This document shows, in pieces, positions 1-12,700 of a DNA stretch of 64,000 bases (its first letter is position 1; each line of letters opens with the position of its first letter). The translations under genes and the position numbers were made by a program. The DNA lies in the NCBI GenBank assembly GCA_951406725.2, contig OX597820.1, positions 59,024,001 through 59,088,000 of the forward strand. Reading direction: 5' to 3'. A model generated the notes under the pieces. That model worked only from the letters and a program-made list of their open reading frames with translations, ran no database searches and was not told the DNA's origin. The stretch is from Octopus vulgaris. Its lineage: Eukaryota.

Positions 1-314
1 TTTACCAAATTTTCTTGAATTTTCATGGGTTTCTGGAAGACGTTTCGTTTAAATTCTACCGTGGGACCAGCAATGCCATGAATGCCATCATCGTCTCGAT
101 TCCAGAAAGCTTTTACCATTGCAATTTCACGAGCATTACTTTGATTTGGTTTGTTTTTCGATACTGTTGTCGTCTTTAATTTAGGATTTGAAGACAAACT
201 GTATTCTGGTTCTAATACTCGTTTGTCAAAGATATGGGCATGTTGGGTTGATGATGCTTGTCTAGTAAAAGTATTGACAAAGAATTTCTTGAAATTTGTT
301 GGTAAATGGATATG
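1..314 (-). CDS. Gene X' (duplicate) large KR-rich exon, runs off the window
   Basis: Acceptor tttgcag|CAT, mirror of 52498+. The two differences I found versus the right copy (CGT/CGG, CCC/CCT) are both synonymous. Confidence 0.65.
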
Positions 315-459
315 CTGCAAATATATAGGAATATTTCAGATTTTTACTAGGTATGCTAATATTTCTAGCATAGCCGGAGAAAAATCAGGCTCTCAAAAAT
401 TATTACTTCCTTACACGTATACAGAGTAAATACAAAATTGCTATTTATCGGATGTATTA

Positions 460-519
<60 letters not shown>

Positions 520-729
520 TCGTGTGCATATATATATAATAAATAGTAGGGAATATAATTCCAAAACTTATATTATATATATATAAGATTAATCAGCCGA
601 AATTGCGTGGATGATCTGGTTCTTGACTGAAGATTAGAGGCTTCGAATGACCCGTCCGTTTTTGTATCGTCTATTTGAATGTTTTGCGTTCTTGTCCCAT
701 TTTGTATTTTTATATATATTTTTTATACA

Positions 730-784
<55 letters not shown>

Positions 785-1073
785 ACATATATATATATAC
801 TGGATTTGAACTATTTATAGATTTTGGATAACAGTGTTCTTATTGATGGGATCACTAGTGTAAATTCATGAGAGTAAATGGACATTCAGGAATAAGACAC
901 CTGTTGATCAAAGGTCAAGCTCATTGAAATATATTATAGGTGTAAATATTGTAAAGTTACTCTCCACAGATGGGATAAATAGTTTGGAAAATCATAACAA
1001 TTCTATTAACATCTCACACAATTAAAAATTCATGTTGTTGCTAATTCTATGAAATATTTTATTGGTTACTTAC

Positions 1074-1192
1074 CATGTGGCTGTTTCTCAGTATTATCAA
1101 AGATGATGCTATCATTGTCTTCCAAACTATTGAAGGTACTTCAAGACATTCTTGGAACAACAGTCTGCGACTATATTCGCAATATTTGATAC
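1074..1192 (-). CDS. Gene X' internal exon (GIKYCEYSRRLLFQECLEVPSIVWKTMIASSLIILRNSHM)
   Basis: ctaaag acceptor, gtaagt donor, phase 1->0 fits both neighbours. Mirror of 51611-51729. Confidence 0.55.
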
Positions 1193-1210
1193 CTTTAGAT
1201 ATAGAAATAA

Positions 1211-1316
<106 letters not shown>

Positions 1317-1859
1317 ATGTGTGTGTGTATATATGTGTGTGTTGTAGAACTGCATACCGAGTGACCATGGACTGGAGAAATCGTCGCTCATCTATCATTG
1401 CGTTGTTATTTCGAGGTGTGACACAGCACTCTTAGGTGTGAACCATTCATCTCTAAATTCTGTTATATTTAACCAATACTTCAGTATTAAATATAGTGAG
1501 TTGGTAGACATTTTTGGGCGCTAGAAAAATTCCTCATAATATTTAGTCACTAAATACCTGTGTTCAAATCAAGCCAGAATCGATAAACCAACAAGAGAAG
1601 TTCTGCACGGTCTACTGGCTTGCTAAATTTTTGTTAAATCTTCATCTTATAATGTTAAAAACAAGGAATGATACATTAGCTTTTAGTGGTTTGGTTGGAA
1701 CAAAGATATGCTATGGCTTTCGCAGGCCCTTTGAATCTGGTGAGATTGAGGCAGTTGATGTTTATCAATTGCAAATCGACAAAAATATCAGCAGGACATC
1801 TAGAGGAAGGGAAGCGAATAAGGTGGATGGGCTCAGTTGAAGCTAGGATGCTTTCATTG

Positions 1860-2400
1860 GGCACTCTATTTCTTAGTCTCTGGATCATATCAGTAGATCC
1901 ATCTTTCGTCACAGGTCACCAGAAACTCAAGTAACCTTGAACTGATGTCTTTCCTTCTGTTCGTCACTGAGCACGCTGGAAATCAACTTTGCATAAATTT
2001 TGCGCATGTTCAGACCTTCATGAATAATTCTGAGTACATTTGCTACACCAACTCCAAACTGTAGACACCCGCCAGTCTTCACAGACTGTCTTTATAGACA
2101 CATGACAGTTTTCATTGAAAAAATTGCTAATTTTCTCAACTAGCTCCAATGTTCTGCTGTCCCTCTCCTTCCCACACCTCTCATCGTCTCTCTCCGCCTC
2201 TCTACAGACCTTTAATTTCTTGTGACTGAAAAACAAATGTTCAGCTCATACAAGTTAGTCCATAAGCAGCCTGAAGCATTTCACAAGTTTCTATAGCATT
2301 TTTGCTCAGTTTAACACAGAACTTTAATGCATAGCGAAATTCCAAATTGCTTTCACGTCTCAACTACATTCTGAAAACTAGTCAGCTCTGACAAGCAGTG
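1860..2400 (-). mobile_element. Degenerate mariner transposase N-terminal remnant
   Basis: Mirror of 50400-50945. Residual RYALKFCVKLSKNAIETCEMLQAAYG and LVTCDERWIY*YDPETK motifs with stops and frameshifts. Confidence 0.75.
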
Positions 2401-2536
2401 TTTAACAGGGTATCTTCAAAGTGCTGTTACAACTTTCTCCATCAATCTGGAAGAAAAGAGTTGGCTAGTCAGCTTATTAGTTGTGTAGTAATCATATTGT
2501 AAAATTGTAATAATCTAGGACAATTATAATTTCGGA

Positions 2537-2890
2537 GATGTACTTGCATAGCAAGTGACCTGATCTGAGATCGTGTGCTAGAACGAAAACAATTGCAGCG
2601 TGGAAGGTGTTTATAAGCCATTTAAGAAACACACAAAAACCGTTAGATTCACTTCAACATTAAATTTAATTTGTTAAAATATTTTCGTCGCTTTGAGACA
2701 TTGTTCACTGACAAAATTCAGTGCTGCATCTCGCGGAATTTTGTCAGTGAACAAAAATTTTGTCAGTGAACAGGTCGCGGTCTCAAAGCAACGAAAATAT
2801 TTTGACAAATTAAATTTAATGTTGAAGTGAATCTAACGGTTTTTGTGTGTTTCTTAAATGGCTTATAAACACCTTCCACGCTGCAATTAT
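2537..2890. repeat. Fold-back (inverted) element carrying a hammerhead-shaped motif, probably Penelope-related
   Basis: Arms at about 2590-2720 and 2750-2888 are reverse complements. Related pieces at 15785-15880, 16110-16180 and 49880-50245. Confidence 0.75.
2759..2809 (+). ncRNA. Minimal type I hammerhead-like motif, G3-C8 core variant
   Basis: tttgtca GTGAACA g gtcgc-loop-gcaac GAAA atat T T tgacaaa: 7-bp stem I, palindromic stem III AATATT. Confidence 0.5.
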
Positions 2891-2939
2891 AATTTCCACT
2901 CTGAAAAAATTTTCAAAGTTTCTGGGATGCACCTTGTAC

Positions 2940-3144
2940 CTTTAACGGAAACAGGGAAGCTGTAACTCTTGGAGGAGATCTTCCGATGAATATCGTTTCT
3001 TTGTTTGTTGATATTGCTGTTGCTTCTGTCTGTGTTGTTGCCGTAGTTGTAGTAGTAGTTGGTATTGTTGCTGTTGTTGTTACTGCTGCTTTTGCTTCTA
3101 GTGTTGACATCTATATTGTTTTTCGTATCACAATTATCATGACA
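2940..3144 (-). CDS. Gene X' Asn/Ser-rich exon (CHDNCDTKNNIDVNTRSKSSSNNN...SFPVSVK)
   Basis: Pyrimidine tract plus ttaaag acceptor, G|gtacaa donor, open in phase 0->1. Mirror of 49629-49833. Confidence 0.6.
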
Positions 3145-3240
3145 CTTTAATAATAATTAAAAGAAGAAAAAAAAGATCTAATACGTTCGATAATTCAACA
3201 CAAAATCTAGTTCAAGAAAGCAAATTAGGAAAAGATGTGG

Positions 3241-3700
3241 CTAATGTAGATTCGCATCTCACCTTGAAAAATGCATTTTTCTGAAAAAGTTTATTCAGAT
3301 TCCTAGGTTTCACATGTTGAAGATTACGAATATGCAAAACCAAATTTTTAAAATTTCAATCCATTCCACCCATCCTTTCTGTCCCCACACCCCCAATTTT
3401 AAATGCATTGTTGTATATTAAAGTAAGGAAATATCATTAAAGCAGGTATGTAATATGAAGAAATAAGAGGATTTTTGTAATAATATCGAAACAACGATTT
3501 CTACAGTTTAACCAAATGAACATAGAAAGTGCACTTTACATGCCTGCTTTAATGAAATTTCCACACTTCCAATCTACAAAAAAAATGCAAAAAAAAATTT
3601 TCAAAATGTTAACTACCCCCAACCTACCCGGCCCCAATTTTAAATGTATTGTATATTGGAAGTGTAGAAATTTCATTAAAGCAGATATGTAAAGTACACT
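3241..3700. mobile_element. Palindromic MITE-like element at the arm breakpoint
   Basis: Same family as 49060-49531, with internal inverted segments. Confidence 0.55.
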
Positions 3701-3704
3701 TTCT

Positions 3705-4050
3705 TATTTCTTTACTGCCCAAAAGGGGTTATACACAGAGGGGACATATAAGGACAGACAAACGGATTAAGTAGATTATATCGACCCCAGTGCGAACTAG
3801 TACTTATTTAATCGACCCTGAAAGGATGAAAGGCAAAGTCGACTTCGGCGGAATTTGAACTCAGAAAGTAAAGACAGACGAAATACCTATTTCTTTACTA
3901 CCCACAAGGGGTTAAACACAGAGAGGACAAACAAGGACAGACAAACGGATTAAGTCGATTATATCGACCCCAGTGCGTAACTGGTACTTATTTAATCGAC
4001 CCCGAAAGGATGAAAGGCAAAGTCGACCTCGGCGGAATTTGCACTCAGAG
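3705..4050 (-). mobile_element. tRNA-derived SINE family 1, two tandem partial units
   Basis: Core gagttcaaattccgccgaggtcgactttgcctttcatcctttcggggtcgat repeated. Other copies at about 8600, 11615, 24925, 25293, 34845, 58625, 61955 and 63330. Confidence 0.8.
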
Positions 4051-4079
4051 CGCATCATCATCATCATCATCATCATTAT

Positions 4080-5841
4080 TATTATTATTATTATTATTAT
4101 CATTATTATTATTATTCAGGTCACTGCCTGGAATCGAACTAGGAACTTTGGGGTTAGTAGCCCGCGCTCTTTACCACTACGCCATAACTACGTGGGGTAA
4201 CAAACAGGATGAGGACAAATATCCGTCAAATGTAAATAATGTAAATAATATTCCCCACCTTATTTTGTGATTTAGCGGAGATGTTTGAAAAATAAGGGGG
4301 AATTCGCAGCAGTTTTCAGTGAACAAATTAAACACACAACTCGGCAGTGGCTAAAACGCAAACCGAATAAGTTTATGTATAAATTTTCTTTTTATATGTT
4401 TGTTCCCTTTTACACAATATTAAAACAATGGCTAAAAATTTTCTGAAGCAGCCCCATCCCTCCACTAATTTTATCTACGAGCTGCCACTGACATTGAATA
4501 ATGTGTTCCTACTTGAAACAATCAAAGGATTTTCATGGGTAGAAATTTTGTACTTTCAGGTGCTTTTAATTACCACATATACCAGCAGGGGCAGTGGTAG
4601 TTTTCTTAATTTCGATTAGGTAGTAGTTTGTTGCAGCAAAAATGAGTTTAATAAATTTCACAAAACTAAATAAGTTCATGTCGTACGAGGCGTCTAAATT
4701 CTAATGTTTGGGGATGAGTCATTGCTTGTATTATGGAGGAACAAAAGAAATTTTAAAATTCAAATATGAGAAAGAAAGAAAAATATTGCTATTACGGGAA
4801 ATATTGCTATTCCGGGAAAAAATTTCCCGGAACATGAGATATTTTCTTTAAATACAATTTTGAAAATTACTAAGTAAAGCTAAAAATAAAATAATTTAAA
4901 AAGTAGAAACTGAAAAATATAAAATATATCAATTAAATGAAAAAAAAAATAGAGGAAAAGGAAAAAAAACGTTCATACTTGATTTTTTCTGTCATTACTC
5001 GGAAAATGATTTGTTAACTCATTTGATTTGTGGTGTCGTCTGCTTTGCTCAAAATTTTCTTTAACCTCACGTTGTTTAAAAGTTTCTCCACGTTTGCTCA
5101 GTACGATTCGTGATAGAAATGTCTTATGAAATATTCGCTTCTGGTATTTGCTGTGAGAATCGGTTTTCGATATAACTCCTGAACGGTCTCCAATAGTTAC
5201 CCGTTTCGAATGGCTATTTGCTACTTGCACCCCGCTCATTCGAACTAGTTTTGTAGAATTTTCTTCGAACATTAGAAATATGATGCACAGTAGAAGATAC
5301 GGTTCGATCGACATGCTTTTACCTTACTAAAGTAGTTACTAACAATCATCCCCTTTCTTATCAGACATCGTTGTCGGCGTCCCCGTCGGCATTGGTTTTG
5401 TTATTCCCATCGGCTTTGACACTCGTCTTTTCCGTGATGGCATGAAACAAACACACAGACTGTGTTTTCATTCTCGACAGCAAGTAGTGTAAGGAATTTA
5501 GCTTGTTTGTCTAAGGGTCTGACCATGTAGAGATGAAAAGGGAAGGTTTATGTATGTATGCATTTATGTATATATATATATGTATGAGTATGTGTGTGTA
5601 TGCGCGCGCGCAGACACACACATACACTCACATATAGACATATACTTACAAATATACGCAAACATGCAAAATCATATATGCATACACACATGTACGTATA
5701 TATATATAACCACACATCCTCACGTATGTGTGGTTATATATATATTCGTATTTCATGTTGTTTACGTTTTGTGACGTCCTTTACCCATATATGCATATAT
5801 ATATATACATATATATGTATGTAGATATATGTATGTATATA

Positions 5842-5880
<39 letters not shown>
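4080..5880. repeat. Inverted duplication segment B (mirror of about 37900-39650)
   Basis: ORF 4973..5314(-) mirrors 38461..38802(+), and the flanks match as reverse complements. Confidence 0.9.
4979..5314 (-). CDS. Gene X' first coding exon (signal-peptide-like N-terminus, dibasic sites)
   Basis: ATG start, 112 codons, CAA|gtatga donor. MSIEPYLLLCIIFLMF hydrophobic stretch. Open in both copies. Confidence 0.6.
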
Positions 5881-5889
<9 letters not shown>

Positions 5890-5890
<1 letters not shown>

Positions 5891-7722
5891 TAGCTGAAGG
5901 TGACCCGCTCTACGCGCGGGTGAGAGTGTGGTTGTTACTTTCTGTTGCTTCCTTTCAGCACGTAAAAAGCACCATCCGAACGTGGCGGATTGCAGCGCCG
6001 CCTTGACTGGCTTCTGTGTTGGTGGCACGTAAAAAGCACCAACCGATCGTGGCCGCTGCCAGCCCCCCTGGCACCTGTGCCGGCGGCACGAAAAAAGCAC
6101 CCACTACGCTCACAGAGTGGTTGGCGTTAAGAAGGGCATCCACCTGTAGAAACACTGCCAGATCATACTGGAGCCTGGTGCAGCCTCCTGGCTTCCCAGA
6201 CCCCTGTCAAACTGTCCAACCCGTGCTAGCACGGAAAACGGACGTTAAACGAGGATGATGATGATGATGATGATTCTCCCTCTTTGTTTCTCTCTCCTTT
6301 CTCTCTCACTTTCCCACTCTCTTACTCTTCCTTTCTCTCGGACCCTCCCTCGCTTTCTCTTACTCTCTATCTTTATCTATCTCTCTCCCATTTATAAACA
6401 ACAAAAGATCTTGAGTAAGTTGAGAAATAAAATATTTAGAAAGATCAACCATAAATATCAGGCAGTAACAACGGAAAGGTCTGCTTCAAGGCAGACAGCA
6501 AAACACTAACATTTAAAAGGGACAGACGAACTTGCGAGCTGAATAAAAATAAAAAAATATTGGAAACCAAAGTTTGAAGGGATAGAATTAGAGGATAGTA
6601 GAGTTACCATGGCTGGCATTTCTTAACGACGGACAGCAACGTATTGACAGTTCAACGGCTGGCGTAAAATTTTGAACTTGATGTAAAAGAAAATCCCTAA
6701 AAACCAAGTTTTGAATTGATTCTTTCTCACGACAGTAGACTCACGATGGCAAGCATTCAAAACTTCTTCATCATGGACGGCAACACATTGACGATTAAAA
6801 GGCTGGCGCAATTTTTTTAGCTTGATGTAACAGAGAATTGCTAAACACCCGCTCCTTTAAATTTTAATCCCCTTCCAGCCCCATTTAGACCCCTTTTCAC
6901 ATTTTGCTTAATATACCCCGATTTCATTTGGGTCTACTGGGGCCACATTTTATAAGATGAGGACTCAACCAAGTTTCCCAAGTTCTGGTCATAGACCATA
7001 GAACACTCAACCAAGTTTTCCGAGTTCTGGTCATAGACCATAGAACAGTCAAGCAAGTTTCCCGAGTTCTGGTCATAGACCATAGAACACTCAACCAAGT
7101 TTCCCGAGTTCTGGTCATTTGCAGAATAAATAGAGACGGCGGAGGTGGCAGACGTCGTTGCAATGTAAACATGATTTGTTATAAGAGAAAGATTGTCCAG
7201 ATTGTGTGTTGGTGGTGGTGGTGGCGATGATAATTATCTTTAAGAATGGAGATAAAGAGAAATTGAATGGGAGTTAGAGGTAGAAAGAGAAGGTGTAAAT
7301 TTTGGAGTGAATCCGACGGGATGTAGTGGGCTTTAACCCCGGCAAAAACAATAATATCTGTTGCGTTTCTGAAAGAGGTGAAATAGGAATATTGAAACTT
7401 TTGCGGTTGTCATTGATAGACTCGTTGTAGAATAAATAGAGACGGCGAAAAAAGAGAGAGCTCGAGAAAGAAAAGGTGATATATGAAAGAGAGGGCGGAA
7501 AAATGAAATATTTTGCAATGTAAACATGATTTGTTTTAAGAGAAAGATTGTGATGATTGTGTGTTGGTGGTGTTGGTGGTGGCGATGATAATTATCATTA
7601 GGAAAAAGAGTGAGTGAGTGAGGAAGACATACATAAGTTGTGGCGATGATAATTGTAGACCCCTTTTCACATTTTGATGAAGAGAACCCGATTTCATTCG
7701 GGTGTACTGGGGCCACATATAG

Positions 7723-7782
<60 letters not shown>

Positions 7783-7884
7783 ACGCTGTAGAAATTAAAT
7801 TAGAGATAAAACCACTAATAGGGAAATGAAACAGTAAAATACCAAAAACAAAAACATAAAAATAAAAATATAATATTAGATATA

Positions 7885-7922
<38 letters not shown>

Positions 7923-8370
7923 GACAGGTAGACAATAGAATGCGATGGCGATGGCGATGACGATGTAATATCTGTTTCTGTCTATGAACGCTGATAGATA
8001 CATGAGTAAAATGTATGGGAAGCTAAGAGATAAGAGTGAGTGAAAATGTTCTTGGAAGAGAGGAAAAGCGAGAGAGTGATTTGAGGAAGACTTTACATTA
8101 AATAACCGTAGTTGCATTGTCACATGAAGAGGAGTGAGAGGGTACTGGAGGAAATAGGGTGAGTGAGGAAGATGGCCCCTAGCAACCACACCTTTTAAGA
8201 TAGGAATTTCTATCGAGCATCGTCACCTCATTCTACATGTCCCTGTAAATTTTGGAACGAATCGGACTGGATGTAGTGGCATTGAAAGCGATCCAAGCGG
8301 TAAAAACGCATTTCTGTTTTATATATAGACAAGCGGTAAAAACGCATTTCAGTTTTATATATATATATAT
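5890..8370 (-). mobile_element. Non-autonomous Helitron-like element
   Basis: On the minus strand it starts TC (8329, end tandemly duplicated) and ends CTAG|T (5890), with hairpin acccgc/gcgggt (5903-5921) about 10 nt inside. Absent from the mirror arm. Confidence 0.7.
6963..7118. repeat. 42-bp minisatellite, about 3.7 copies
   Basis: Unit actcaaccaagtttcccgagttctggtcatagaccatagaac. Confidence 0.9.
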
Positions 8371-8454
8371 ATTATATGTGTATGTGTGTATACATATATA
8401 TGTATGTATGTGTGTGTGTGCGTGCGTGTGAGTGTGTGGAGAGAAAGAGTGAGA

Positions 8455-8512
<58 letters not shown>

Positions 8513-8599
8513 TATATTAAATTAAAGATAAAACCACTATTAGGCAAATCAAACAATGAAAAACTTAAGCCAATACATAAAATTAATTAATTCTACCAT

Positions 8600-8980
8600 A
8601 GGTACAAAGCCTGAAATTTGGACGGGGGTGCTATTCGATTTCATCGACTCCAGTGCGTAACTGGTACTTATTCAATCGATCCAGAAAGGATGAAAGGTAA
8701 AGTCGACCCCGGCAGAATTTGAAGTCAGAAAGTAGCAGCAGACGAAATACCTATTTTTTTTACTACCCACAAGGGGCTAAACATAGAGGAGACAAACAAG
8801 GACAGACAAACAGATTAAGTCGATTACATCGACCCCAGTGCGTAACTGATACTTAATTCATCGATCCCGAAAGGATGAAAGGCAAAGTCGACCTCGGCGG
8901 AATTTGAACTCAGAACGTAACGGCAGACGAAATACGGCTACGCATTTCGCCCGGCGTGCTAACGATTCTACCAGCTCGGT
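8600..8980 (-). mobile_element. SINE family 1 (tandem units)
   Basis: Same core as 3705-4050, with the tRNA-like head ending at about 8980. Confidence 0.8.
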
Positions 8981-9483
8981 GCTTTAACAATTATTAAATA
9001 ATGAATGAAAGAAATCTTGTTTTTCCCGCTGATGTTGTATAGTGGCAATGATTACATATTTCTTATCTATTTCTGTATTACATAGTTCAATTTATGTAAG
9101 AAACAAGAACACACACACACACATACAACCAACACACACATACACACACTCACATATTCACTTAAACACACTCTCTCTCTCAAACAGACACATTTATGTA
9201 TGCGCTTTATTGCAGTCAGTTGCGTTTTATTTTCAAACCTTCTGATCCAAAGTCTAAAGTCTTTAATTTACTTTATCAGCTCCGTCATATTGTCGTTGCT
9301 CTCCCCCCTCTCTCTCTCTGCCTGCATCCTCGTCTATTTTTTTCTCCCTTTCTCCTTCGCTTACTTCAGTGAGAGATCTATCTTATCACACGAAACTATT
9401 AATAAATCAACGTCAAAACTGTTCCGTTGATTTTGTCAAACACAAACAGAAAGCAAAAACAAATCAAAGAAAAAAAAATAGCC
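8782..9483. repeat. Inverted duplication segment D (mirror of 34330-35043)
   Basis: Direct reverse-complement match, including unique sequence. Confidence 0.9.
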
Positions 9484-9694
9484 AATTGTTGTTATTTTAG
9501 TGTGGTGGTTGTGATAATCGTGATTGTGGTAATGGCAACGTTGCAGTAGTAAAACTGTTGTTGTTGATGGTGGTGTTGGTGTTGGTGTTGGTGGTGGCAG
9601 TGATAATGGTCGGCGGGATTGCTATGGGATGCGCGTCATAACTGCATTTAACTAACTAACTTCCGTAGCTCTATAATATCTAACGATTGGCAAC

Positions 9695-9778
9695 ATGGCA
9701 GCTTTGCAGTTAATACATATCCTCCAGGTTTTCAACAGCACGCTCTATAATTATGGCTTCGATGCCCATCCGTTTAAA
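9695..9778 (+). CDS. MMACHC: CblC/MMACHC-like gene, exon 1 (MAALQLIHILQVFNSTLYNYGFDAHPFK)
   Basis: YGFDAHPFK|gtaagt matches the human exon 1 end FGFEVYPFQ|, phase 0. Confidence 0.85.
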
Positions 9779-9869
9779 GTAAGTCAATTCCATATTTGGC
9801 ATTTGGCAGAATCGTTTGAACTTTCCGACAAAATTCTTGCGCATATTAATCTTTTATATTTTATCTTTT

Positions 9870-10335
9870 ACTCGTTTCAGTCATTGGACTGCGGTCATGC
9901 TGAAGCACCATCTTGAAGGGTTTTAGTCGAACGAATCGACCCCCAGTACTTGTTTTTAAGCCTGATATTTAGCCTATCGACCCTTTATGCCGAACTGCTA
10001 AGTTACGGGGACGTAAGCATACCAGCACCAGTTGTCAAGAAGTGGTGGTGGTTGGTCAAACATAAACACAAAGGCACACACACACATATACACACACACA
10101 TTCACACGCACACACACATTCGTACATACACACATACACATATATGTACATACATACATACATTCATACATACATACATATGCATATGTATATGTATATA
10201 AATATATAATATGTCTCATTCAGTTTCCGTCTACCAAATGAGTTCACAAGGCTTTGGTTAGCCCGGGGCTAAAGCAGAAAAAAATTGCTCAAGAATTCAT
10301 GCAGTAGGCTTGAACTCGGAACCATGTGGTTGGGA
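9870..10335 (-). mobile_element. tRNA-derived SINE family 2 with internal microsatellite
   Basis: Shares ggtagacggaaactga and ccagcatggccgcagtc blocks with copies at about 15240, 22730, 28619, 36530, 42783 and 60360. Confidence 0.75.
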
Positions 10336-10604
10336 GACCTTTTAACTTTCTGCATTCAAATTCTACCCCACTCGGCTTTTTTCCTTTCATTCCTCTGGGG
10401 TTGATAAAATAAAGTACCAGTTAAATACTAGGAACTATGGGCCCAGAAACAGGGGCTGCAGGGGGTTCAAGCGCACCCTCTAAAATTCTTGAGGGATACA
10501 AAATCGAAATTTGGACCCCTACCTTTTCTCAGGTTTAGCAAACAGTGAGTAAAAAGTGATGTGTAAAAAGTAGCTTGAATTAGGTTTCTTCTCAAAGAAC
10601 AAAG

Positions 10605-10647
<43 letters not shown>

Positions 10648-11539
10648 GACCTTATTTATAAAAGATTTTGGGCCTGGGTTTTCACTCCGTAAGTAAATTT
10701 CGTTCCCGAATTAGGAACTGCACAATTTAATATTTTTATAAAGCATCTTATATATGAATGGAAGAATTAATTCGCTTTTGTCTTTTGGTTTGCAAAATTA
10801 TTGATGTAATCTCGTATGTTGAAACAAATTTTGTTGTCTATTAGGAGGGTCATTATGTCAATAAATAAACACACGCATTGGTCCTATTTCACTTCTTTTA
10901 TTGCTGTTAGTGAATTCATTAACATTTAACCAATTAACTAATTAATCGCTTGATTAATTGTTCACTCAGTCAGTCAATCAGATATGCTTGTCAAGGTCAT
11001 TTCGTCACCATCCGCGATCTCATCGATTACATGTCCTCTTTATTCCAGGTCTGCTTTGGGTATGTCCGCCGTTTGTTTGGACCCCAATAAGTAATCCTCT
11101 ATGCAGTCGTTTGACCATCTAGAAATAACAGCCAAATTTCGTTTATATAACACACTATTGTATTTAAAAAAAGGAAGGACACATTTGATAATAAAGTTCA
11201 TTGCCTCGTACAAAAAGATAAGAAGCCGATGGCCATAGTTAAGGCTGGAACGTTTTTTTTTTATCATTGATCTGCTCCATAAAGATTTAACTGAACTAAG
11301 GACTAAACAACAATACTTACATAGCGAAAATGCCACGATGTGGTCACACGGCCTGCAAGAAATAGAAATCGAATCTTCCTCAAATTAATTATACGTAACC
11401 ATCATCGTAAAACAAGTACACATGGGATAATGAAATTTTGGTTACATTACGTCTGATCTGATAAAATAACTTCCTGTTCATCGAGACCATAGCTCTGTCT
11501 GACCAACAGCTAATGATGATGATGATGATGATGATGATG

Positions 11540-11571
<32 letters not shown>

Positions 11572-11899
11572 TATTAACAACAACAACAGCAGCAATATTA
11601 GTAATAATGATTTCAAATTTTGGCACGATGCCCGCAGATTTTCAGAAGGGGAAGTCAATTACATCAACTACAGTGCTATACTGGTACTTATTTTATCGAC
11701 CCCGAAAGGATAAAAGGTAAAGTAAACTTCAGCGGAATTTGAACTCAGAACATGAAGGCGGACGAAATTCCGCTTGAGCATTTTTCCCGGCGTGCAAACG
11801 ATTCTGTCACATATGAACTCAGAATTTCTAGGTTCACGACGCCCTAACGATTCTGATTACCATCATCATAACGATCACCCTACTATCATCATTATAATG

Positions 11900-12700
11900 T
11901 GTGTGTGACCTCGAGCACGCACATAGAATAAGCATGGAAGCGCAATTGTTGGTGATTGGCATCCGAAATGTTGTCAGGCGCTCACAGTTTTCTACCGGCC
12001 AAGTTACACGCTTAGTGGCACATCCTTGCATTCCATGGAGATCTTGAGGAGACACTGAGCATCGACAATCAACTGAACGACCTATTCTGGATGACTTCAG
12101 CTTGGACTATGGATAGCTTCCATCATTCCCTGGCCTGACTACCCACTAGTACTACTAATGGATAGCGCACTGCCGGTTCAGGATAAGCTATATAAGAACG
12201 GTAGCACCCATCCTTGTTTTGGACAGAGCGAGGAAACCGTTCTTCAGTGTCTAAGCACTACCAACTTGTGAAGTAATGTGGAACTACTTTTGTTGCATGT
12301 TAACTGATTTGAATGTCAACCGAATCCACCTGAAGTATGATCCCCCTACCTTTCTTTAGTTGGGAAAAGGAGACAGTTCTATGTCTGGTGGCCGAAATGA
12401 AAGATATTATATGAAGCACATTACTGAAAGAACCGAAGACATCCACTTGCCTCTTTCGCCAAACCATCAAAATTCTCAAGTTTGCTTTGGAGAGAGAAGT
12501 TGTTGGCGGAAAGAAAGGTATGGTTTCCAGTTAAGTTGTTAAGTGTTTGAGAATGGTAAGAATGGCCCCAGTTAATAGACTGGTTCCCAGCCTGTTCTTG
12601 TGGGCCGAAATCAGTGTCATGAGAAAGTACTCTCCCTTAGAAGTCAAGGTAGTTTTGGCTCTGTAGGGTCAGCTCTTGGTGGCTTCTCCTTATTGGGAAA
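11900..12700 (+). mobile_element. Degenerate L1/Tx1-like LINE 3' remnant
   Basis: ALPVQDKLYKNG..PCFGQSEETVLQC resembles the zf-RVT region. Contains stops and deletions. Confidence 0.45.

Noticed and set aside
151-429. 92-aa ORF and its mirror 52383-52661
   Set aside because: Antisense shadow of the large gene X exon.
6963-7118. Regularly spaced repeats resembling a CRISPR array
   Set aside because: Whole 42-bp units repeat without unique spacers, there are no cas genes, and the context is eukaryotic.
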